Of a stretch of DNA of 64,000 bases, positions 54,880 through 64,000 are shown one piece after another. The notes beneath the pieces were generated by a model. It was not told where the DNA came from, did no database searches, and saw nothing but the letters and a program-made list of their open reading frames with translations. Made by a program: the position numbers and the translations under genes. The stretch lies in the IMG/VR virus record IMGVR_UViG_3300044729_002678, positions 97,619 through 161,618 of that record; one strand, given 5' to 3'. This DNA comes from a virus. The stretch's first letter is position 1. Every line of letters begins with the position of its first letter.

Positions 54880-57800
54880 CTACTCATATTTGAGGACGTT
54901 AGTCCCAATTCATAGGAAGACAGTCATGAGAAGGTACATCATAGAATTTTTCACCTGTTTCAATATTTTGTAGTGTATAGTATCGTGTACCTATCCTATA
55001 AGGTGCATAAGTTGACAAAATTTTATGAACCTTATGCCTATATCGTATTAAATCATCACTAACATCAGATATATGTAATTTTTCATTACTATTATCCAAG
55101 TTTTGTTCTAAATTTTTATCTTCTTCTGTATCACCATCTACCGTTCCTTGTAAAAAGGATAAGTATTTTATCTTTTCAATTTCTTTATCAGTATAAAACC
55201 TACCACTAACACCAAATAAACCCAATAAAAGGTTTTGTGCTTGGTTTTCAGTTATCAGTTCTAACCTAAGTTTTTCTGCTATTTCTAAAATTTGTTCTTT
55301 CATATCTTTTACTGTGTTTATTTGTGAACCGTTAGCGGTAATACTAATAACCCAACAAATACATCTTTCTACCCCAAGCTTTTTTTGCTTCTTGTTCATT
55401 ACCACCATAAACAATCTGATACCAATCCACCCACATTTGAGGCTGGGCAACTGGATTTGGTTCAGATGAAGCACTACCGCTAACAGCAGGTTGCTTCAAT
55501 GGCTTAGTTTCTTTCTTTTTTGACATTTTATCATTTATTTAAAGTTTGTAATCCTACACAAATACAACATACTGGTGGAATATAAGTGGATGTAAACTTC
55601 ACAAATAAACGAGTTAGTTGCAATTTTTCTTACACCACATAATCTTGCTGCCTTTTCGCAAATGAACTAATCGTAATTCATAACCTTTATCCATCATTTG
55701 TTGCATTTCTTCTAATTCTTTAAGTTCTACATCATTGAAAGAGCGTTCATTTACTCCATCCTTAATCTTAATGTAGTTCTTAGCAAAATCATAAAAACTG
55801 CAACTAACATCGTGTAGTGCTTGTTTAATTTCATCACTAATTTCTTCATCTGTTTTTTTAACATTTTTCTTTTTCATATTCTATATTTTTTAATTTGTAA
55901 AACAATAATTTAACTAAACCTAACAAATGATAAACAACATTAAAACGATTGTTTATCATCGGACGTTATGTGTAATTTAATCAACTTTGTATTTCCTACC
56001 ACCTAAGTGATGTTCGTGTATAAACTTTGATTTACATCTTGAACATTCATACTTACTATGATAATTACTTTTCCAAATCAAAGTTTTCTTATGTATTCCA
56101 ATTAAACACAATAAACTACACATAACATCAGATATATGTAATTTTTCATTACTCTTATCCAAGTTTTGTTCTAAATTTTTATATTTTTCCATCTTATTAA
56201 TTTTTTACCTTGTGTTCTATATATATTTCTCTGTACATCTTATATTGTTTCCCGTAAAAATCAACCAAGAAAAAATTCCAATTATCATTACCATTTCTAC
56301 CTATTAACATTGCGTGTATATTTTGTAGTTTATAATACATCATAGCCACCTTACCATAATTGTCGGGATTATTTTTTAATTCATCAATCTCGTCCAATCT
56401 TTTTTCTAATTCAGTTTTAGGTATAATCAACCTCATAAACTTTAAAAAATAATCCCTAATTTTTTCTTTTGTTTTCATAATTCAAAAATTAATACTAAAA
56501 TATAACAAGGTATATGTGAAATACCTCATAAAGTTTCTACTAATTATTTAAGTTCTGTGGTAAGGTACTTCACATATACCCAACCGTTAGTGGTAATTTT
56601 AATCTTTGTATCTTCTCCATACCGCAGAACCATCAATACCATCTTTCCACATTCCTTCGTCATTTTCCTTAACAGTTTTGAAGAATTCTTTAACTAAATC
56701 CAACACTTCTTTTTTATCCATTTTTACACCTTCGTAATATACATCATCTCTTTGATTTCTGAAGAATTCTTCAAAACGATTAAAACTACCACTAACATCA
56801 GATATATGTAATTTTTTATTACTTTTATCTAAGTTTTGTTCTAATTTTTTATCTTCTTCCATTTTGTTGAATTTTATGTTAAAACTACATATATCTGAGT
56901 ATCGTTATAAACAATAAAAAACCTTAAAGTGGTGGTTCTAAATTGTCTTTTATCTTATCATAAGATTCTTTAATCGCTTCGGATAATACTTGTTCGATAG
57001 GTTTTTTACTATTTATAACAACGGATATATGAAATAAAAAATTAATAGATTCTACAAACTTTCTAATTTCTTCTTCTGATTTACATTCTCGTTGAACAAC
57101 ACAAAATTCACCCCTAACTACTTTACAAGTTTGGGTTTCTATGTTGTAATAAAGTATTGGTAATCTACAAGGGTTTCCACATATCTCTGTATCTTCTTCA
57201 CCTAAAACCCAAACTTGTTTTCCAGTGAATACATCAAGTATCTCACTAAAACCTAATTCTGTTAAATTTTGTGTTGTTATCATCGTTCTGATTATTAATT
57301 TTTTACATTCATATATCCGCAGCCGTTATGTGTAATTTATTCAAAAATAATCACGTTTAAGTTGTTCCTCTTTAATTAGAATCTCCCTTTGTTCTTTCAT
57401 TTGACCAATTACTTCATCGAAATTTTTACTCATTTGTCTTTCAAACTGATTTTCATTTTGGTAATCTAATGACACTTCGTGTTTAACATCAAATCCGTTT
57501 TCTCGTAAAAATTTCTTCAATAAGAAAATTAAACGTGATTTTCCACTCATTGCTCTACCAGATACGGTAATAATTAATTTTTCCTTTTCCATTTTATATT
57601 TGTTTTGAGTTTAATATAATTAAATATAAGAAATAAATTTTGATTTTCCAAATTTTTTATCAGGTTAACTTAAACCTACACAAATACAACATACTGGTGG
57701 GATATAAGTGGGTGTAAACTTCACAAATAAACGAGTTATAAGTAATATTATTTTTTAATTGGTTTCTTCTTGTTCTTTTTAGGTTTTTTACATTCATCAA

Positions 57801-59930
57801 GTTTAGTCCCAGCCACATATTCAGCCATTTCGGGTTCATTATTAAGAAACCAATTTATTCGGTTTATTTTTTGTTCTTGTGTTAATTCTATATTCATTTT
57901 TATTAAATTTATTTTGTTAAAAAAATAATACATACACATAACAAAGTGTATAAGTAATGTGGCTAATAAAGTTTATCTGTAAGTTATGTGTAATGTTACT
58001 CACCATTATACTTAAATTCAAACAACTTTGGTTTTAATGTATTACCAATTGGTTGAACGATTGATAAATCACTTGATGTTTCTCCGTGAATAACTTTCAT
58101 TAAACCAGGTATTCCATAATTCTCAAATGTTATTTCATACAAATCGCCAAAAAATGATGTATCATTATTACTAATTGTATGTGTTACTTCTATAACATAC
58201 TTTTTTGTAGTTATCAATGATTGTTGTAAATTAATAAACCAAAGTTGTGTTCCACTTGGTATCACATACTTATCTCCAATTTTTACTTTTTTCATATTTC
58301 ATTTCTTTAATTTTAACTTTTTAAAATTTGTGAGTTCATTACTCCATCAATATCCAAGAAAATAACTTTTTGCACAGGTTTTGGATTTAACTAATGGTTC
58401 TTTCAAAAACAATGAGATAACCTCCTCTTAGATGACTGCCACCACCTGTTGATATATGTCGTGCTGTTACAGATACAATCAACCAACCATCTTCCAAGAT
58501 TTTATCTATTTTGTCTTGAACATCTTTGTAAGATTCATCATCAGGAGTCACCAATACTTTTTGTTCTTTAAGTGCTATCATATTATTTTTAATTTAATCG
58601 TTCAAAGATATGACCTACAAACTCACCCCTCTGATACTGGTAGAGTATAAGTGGGTGTAAACTTCACAAATAAGCGAGTTAGCAGCAATGCTATGACTGC
58701 AAGCCAACACCATATCGTTTAAACCCATATTTCGTAAGTGTATAGTATTCTCCGTGTTCATTCACCCATTGATTAGGTCTTACTTCAATTAATCCTATTA
58801 GCCTTGCAAGTGCATCATATAAAGCACTGCTGCTAACATCGTATTGCTGAACATTGCCAGCTTCATCGGTAATTTCAACTTTTACTTTCATATCAATATT
58901 TATTTTTATTAAACATTTGTCTTTCAATTTAACTTAATACTACACAAATACAACATACTGGTAGCGTATAAGTGGGTGCAAACTTCACAAATAAGCGAGT
59001 TAGCAGCCATAATCAGAACAGACCGTTTCAAAGTCGTTCATAACAGCATCTAACAATTCCCATTTATCAGGATTACAACTTGTTGAACCTACCAGCAAAA
59101 ATTGAATTGCTATATCGTGTTCAGTTGTATGTTGACCTTTTTCGGCAAATCTTAATCTTTCTGATTTAAGTGCCTCAATCAATTTTTGTTTTCTTTCTTC
59201 GTTCATATTTTTAGTATTAAATTTTACAAAATTACGGCTGCTAACACACGTTTGGCGAAAGTGGCGGTTCAGTGCTCCGCAGACACATTTGTGGTTAATC
59301 AAACATTGGTTCTCCGCATCGGCTTTTGTGGTGAAAATCGCCACCTTCGCCGAGCGTGGGAACATTATGTGCAAGGCTACAATTCGTACTTTGAATAAAA
59401 GGCAACCTCACCATCATTTACCCATTGGTCAATTAAGTCGCTAACATCATTAATGTATTGTTCATTTTTACCTGCTAATTTAGTTGCTTTTAGATTTTCC
59501 CAAAATTCACCACTAAATTCATCCATATTATTCATGTAGTGAACAACAATTTCAAGTTTCTCTTTTAAGTTTTCCATTTCGTATTTAAATTAAATTTTGT
59601 GGTTAATGAAAAGTCAGTGCATTTAAGCCTCCACTGACAGCAAGCGGCAAAACGTTAGTGATAATAAAAATTAAATCAATCCTTGTTTCTTTAACATATT
59701 TACGATTGCCTTTGCTGCTGCCTTAACTGAATCAGGGTCTGTTTCCATATCACCCTCTTTCATAGAATAAGGCACATATCGTAAATATACTTCACTATCA
59801 ATTATATCTTTAATCATATCAATAAGTTCTTGCTCATTTTTACTATCACTAACATCAGATATATTCAAGTTTTCTTGATGTTCATTGAGACTTTGTATGT
59901 GTTTTAAATCTTTCATCTTCGTAAATTAGT
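54880..59930. mobile_element. attC-like gene-cassette array II
   Basis: Full hairpins at 55205-55337, 55919-55971, 56501-56592, 56791-56910, 57014-57331, 59240-59370; additional cores at 54898, 55613, 57735, 57983, 58678, 58999, 59654. Confidence 0.75.
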
Positions 59931-60202
59931 TTTTAGCTAAACTAAGAATATAATCAGCATCATTTTGTGTTGATATTTTCCCCTTTATTAGTAATTTATC
60001 ATAACCTGTATAAAGTTCCCATTTATCATCATACAACAAAACATAATGTTCTCCGTTTGATTTATAACCCCCAACATATGCCCCCTTTTTTAATACGATT
60101 AATTTTTTCATATTCATTTTTTTAACTTACATAGTAAAGATACAACAGAAAACCCATATTTCCAAGCTTTCAATATTAAATTATCGTTAAATTTATCCAC
60201 AT

Positions 60203-60703
60203 TTATTTACACACCAAATGCCTCTTTACCTTTTTCTTTACTACACCCCCCACAATAATATCATAATCCTTATTATCCATCACCCAGTCCAAATCAATCG
60301 TTGTAGCATAGTACGAACCCGAAGATGAAGATTTCCAATCCCCCTTCAGTAAACTCGTCCACATAAAAAACCACTTTATCCCACCACCACTATCATCGTA
60401 TGATACTAAAAGATAATCCGAAGCACGCTTTGAATACTCACCACCCCTCCAAATATGGGTAGTTTTTGAGGTCTTAATCTCCAATGGAATACCACCAACC
60501 ACCAAATCCGGTTCGGAATCCAGACGGGGCGAAACGCATTGCGGAACAACTTTGGCAAACGAAGCCTCCAATATATTCGATATCAACTCCGATTTTAATT
60601 TCGTTGATAGTGAATCGTAATCCACTAACCCCCTAAATGTATAAAACCGATTGGTGGCCTCCCCCACCACATCATTAATCCATAATCGTATCGTTTCGTT
60701 CAT
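60203..60703 (-). CDS. PD-(D/E)XK nuclease, restriction-endonuclease-like
   Basis: SEPDLVVGGIPLEIKTS. Confidence 0.6.
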   Translation of the reverse strand: MNETIRLWINDVVGEATNRFYTFRGLVDYDSLSTKLKSELISNILEASFAKVVPQCVSPRLDSEPDLVVGGIPLEIKTSKTTHIWRGGEYSKRASDYLLVSYDDSGGGIKWFFMWTSLLKGDWKSSSSGSYYATTIDLDWVMDNKDYDIIVGGVVKKKVKRHLVCK

Positions 60704-61654
60704 TCTTTACTAAATATTATTTGTTTTGATTATTATGAGTGCGATTATCATAGGTGCGCTTATCAAGGGAAAATAGTGCTTATCGTATGTTCAAGGGGAG
60801 AAGCTATGGTCGAAAACCTGACCTCTCGATGGGGATGAGTCCCCTCCCATAACACAACATAAATTATTTTCGTGCTTACACTAAAATGCCTGCCCCCCCC
60901 TGTCTTATAACATAACCCTTCTCACTAACACCATTCGGATTTTTTTTACCAAACTAGCCTCCTTCAGGCCTACCACTTTTTGGGTTGTGTTATATTTGAG
61001 TTGAGCTATATTTGGTTACAGCCCTTTCCACTTTTTGGAATTCGCAACTGCTCCCATCCTCATATACTCCATTCTACACCATTCCGTTGGTGATATATCG
61101 GATTGTGTGATACGCATGATATTTGGGTTGTGTTCTAACCCTAATACTTTTGGGTTACTATCTACAGGTTTATAGATAAAGTCATGTGGGGAGAATGCTT
61201 TTTTACTATTTTGCGTTTTTTTGTTGAAAAGGTTTAACATAGGTGTTATTTTTTATTGCTGATATTTTTTTTGTTTATTTCATCCAAAATCCGGACTGCT
61301 TCATCCTCATACACCCAACCGTTAGGCACAATACTAAGACTGTACCCATTCACAATCAAATTCTTGACAAAGATTTATAAATGCTTGTTTTTCACTTCCA
61401 CATTCGTTGATGTATTTTTCAGAAACACAACCAAAATCACCACCATTTCTTGTCCACTCAATACCATACTTAGTTCTTTCAATCCAACAAATGTGTTTCC
61501 CTCTTTTATCAGCATCATCAATAAAACAGATAGGTTTCTGTTTGTCAAGAATTAAACTATAAAGTTGTTCGTAATCTTTAGATAATTTATACATACTATC
61601 GTATTGCTTCAAATCGCTTAATTTAATTTCGTTTTTCATATTATTTAATTTTTT

Positions 61655-61755
61655 GCAGTCAGGACAGGATTCGAACCTGTATGTGGTAATCCTTTCAGAT
61701 ATTTCTCACTTACGTTTTTGCCGTATTAGCGTCTAACCAATTCCGCCACCTGACT
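61655..61755 (-). repeat. tRNA-like scaffold repeat, copy 11
   Basis: Identical to copy 6 except discriminator G. Confidence 0.85.
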
Positions 61756-61987
61756 AAAATTTGTTAAGGCCATTTTAAATCGGGTGACTTATTGTCATCT
61801 TGAAACTCCCAATAAGTATCACCAAGTATTTGATCCACCTCGTCTGATGTATTTTCAAATGCGTCAAAAATAACTTGCATCACTTCCTTTTCGGTTACAT
61901 TTAGAATTTTAGCAATTCCAATAATGTGGTCTTCTAATGGTAAATCTCTCATTTCGTTTTAAAATTAATCCGGTTTATAATTGTTTT

Positions 61988-62091
61988 GCAGTCAGGACAG
62001 GATTCGAACCTGCAAAGTATGGTGAGTTCATCCGTTGTACCCATACCTTTAACATTACTACTCAAGCGTCTAACCATTCCGCCACCTGACT
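61988..62091 (-). repeat. tRNA-like scaffold repeat, copy 12
   Basis: Same constant ends, discriminator G. Confidence 0.85.
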
Positions 62092-62145
62092 ATAAATGAA
62101 GGTTCCATACTTAGTCTTTGCGGGAAGTCACCTCCAACCCACCTC

Positions 62146-62244
62146 GTAGTCAGGACAGGATTCGAACCTGTAAGTACCGACTGGGCTTATTTCTGTTTTA
62201 AATGCATCGCCTGTCCAGTGCGTCTACCATAACGCCACCTGACT
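62146..62244 (-). repeat. tRNA-like scaffold repeat, copy 13
   Basis: Same constant ends. Confidence 0.85.
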
Positions 62245-63133
62245 ATGTTTACTCTTTAATCAATTTTTTATACGCCTTATCAGTTCCAAGACCCATCATA
62301 TCAATATTTTTTCCTTGGTCGTACCATTCAGTTTTAATCCAGTTGTCATCATGATACCAAGTTTCCCAACCATTTTCACGAAGTAATTTAGATTTTTCTT
62401 CGTAGTTTTCAATTTCGTGTTTTTGTTTTAATAGTGCCATGTATTTTATATTTGTAGTCAGTATTCGATTAACTTTTTACGTAATTCATCATTTCAACCA
62501 TTTCACAACAAATAAATGAAATAATTTTTAATAATGAACAAAGTTGAACTCGTCATTCAAATCAACAAAATATCCATTATCCTGTGCATTTTTAACTATT
62601 TCCATAATATCCTTTGTTTGTGCATACCATCTTTCATAAGAATTAATATCACCATTCAATACTTTATCTGTTCCTGGAATCATAACTGCCTCATCATTAT
62701 CAATTGTGTTTGCAGTTTCTCCATCAATTAAAAATGCACAAATATCACCATCAGCATCAGTTAGTTTAACTAAATATGCATTCTTATTTTGTTGATTTTC
62801 ATTCACTTTTTCGTTAAAATTAAGTATGGGTTTCATAGTCGTTTTTTATTTGTTTTGCTTTTAGTTGATTTGATTTGCAGTCAGGACAGGAATCGATTAA
62901 CTTTTTACGTAATTCATCATTTCCACCATTTTCTGAATCAACAATTCCATTTCATCTTTGTTAAGATACAACTTACCATTCAATGTTTTATCGTCCAACT
63001 CTTTTGTTTCAACTATAATGCCATCAAACTCATCTGTCGGATAAATGCTTACGTTTTGTTCTTCAGTTGCAATAACTGTTTTGTTCCAAACTTTGTTTTT
63101 CATTTGTTTTGTTTTTAATTTGTTAATTTGTTT

Positions 63134-63214
63134 GTAGTCAGTACAGGATTCGAACCCGTAATATCAGCTTGCTTATTAGGCTTGCTTCTGCGCTACCAAT
63201 TCCGCCACCTGACT
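63134..63214 (-). repeat. tRNA-like scaffold repeat, copy 14
   Basis: Short insert. Confidence 0.8.
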
Positions 63215-63660
63215 GTTTTGTTATTTTAAAGTTTGGATTATGCTCAGTATTCCACTAACTATTAACATTGAAATCAAAATATAACCCAATGTAAGTGGAA
63301 TGGATATCCCCGGGTCAATCCAAAAATCATGCCAAATTGTTTTTAACTTATTTTTCATTTGTTTTTAATTTTAAAATCCCATTTCTCTTTGTAAATCGTA
63401 CCTCTCCTTTTCCACCTCAGAATAAACATTAAGATTTAAATAAGTGTTGTGCCAAGAATTATGAATTAGGTTTTTAGCCTCTTCGGCATCCCATGCTTTA
63501 CAAAACTCATACTCTTCTTGAGTAAGAACTTCTTTGTTAAACATCAACTGATTAAAAAGTGCCAAATTTTGTACTGCCTGGTGTATTTCTTTCTGATTCA
63601 TATCCATTTCTTTATCTTACATAGTAAAGATAGGTATAAATCCCCATATTTCCAAGCTTT

Positions 63661-63999
63661 CTATATTAAATTTGCGTTAATTTTTAGTTCTTCAATTAGT
63701 TTTCCGTTTTTCCATAGATAGGTTTCGATGATGTTTCCTTGTTTATCAAACAACTCCTCAATTCCATCCTCCTTACCCTCTTTGAACGGAATTCTCATAC
63801 GGATGTTTCCGTTTGGATAGAACCACTCAGCAATTCCATCTTCCTTACCACCTTTGAATGGGGTTCTATATTTGATGTTACCGTCCTCATAGAACACCTC
63901 CCAAATACCTTCTTCTTGTCCTTTGGAATTCCGTTGTCCTTTGACATACACATTCCCGTTGGGGTGATATTCAATGTGGGGTGTGAGTTCGTTGGTCAT
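63661..63999 (-). CDS. MORN-variant repeat protein, paralog E
   Basis: MTNELTPHIEYHPNGNV module. Confidence 0.8.
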   Translation of the reverse strand: MTNELTPHIEYHPNGNVYVKGQRNSKGQEEGIWEVFYEDGNIKYRTPFKGGKEDGIAEWFYPNGNIRMRIPFKEGKEDGIEELFDKQGNIIETYLWKNGKLIEELKINANLI

Positions 64000-64000
64000 A

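Overview
This is an AT-rich segment of a large tailed phage with a contractile, T4-like baseplate, and essentially all genes are on the minus strand. The host is very probably Bacteroidota: the repeated promoters have TTG(-33)/TAnnTTTR(-7) spacing, and the window encodes a T9SS C-terminal-domain protein, DUF4494 and several small lipoproteins. Layout: 1-3.8 kb replication/recombination (Mre11-Rad50 fusion, primase, Mom-like DNA modifier, endonuclease I-like resolvase); 3.8-15.4 kb baseplate/virion module; 15.7-35.8 kb late sigma factor and auxiliary genes (HD hydrolase, ClpP, UvsE, PurA, Hsp20, MoxR-VWA pair, thioesterase, dCMP deaminase); 31.3-41.4 kb about 25 tRNAs interleaved with unidentified structured RNAs and an HNH gene inserted in tRNA-Lys; 42-64 kb a hyperplastic early region of small ORFs. 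Two unexplained repeat systems stand out. (1) At least 14 tRNA-Leu-like scaffolds have near-constant acceptor, D and T arms, but the anticodon region is replaced by hypervariable 30-75 nt inserts; they are dispersed between single small ORFs. (2) Two integron-like arrays of attC-type hairpins (YTAAC...GTTA) contain genes that stop inside one core, start inside the next hairpin loop and read through the core, giving modular chimeric proteins. No integrase, reverse transcriptase or Cas gene is visible. All calls come from reading the sequence by eye; no database searches were run, and RNA/repeat boundaries may be off by a few nt.
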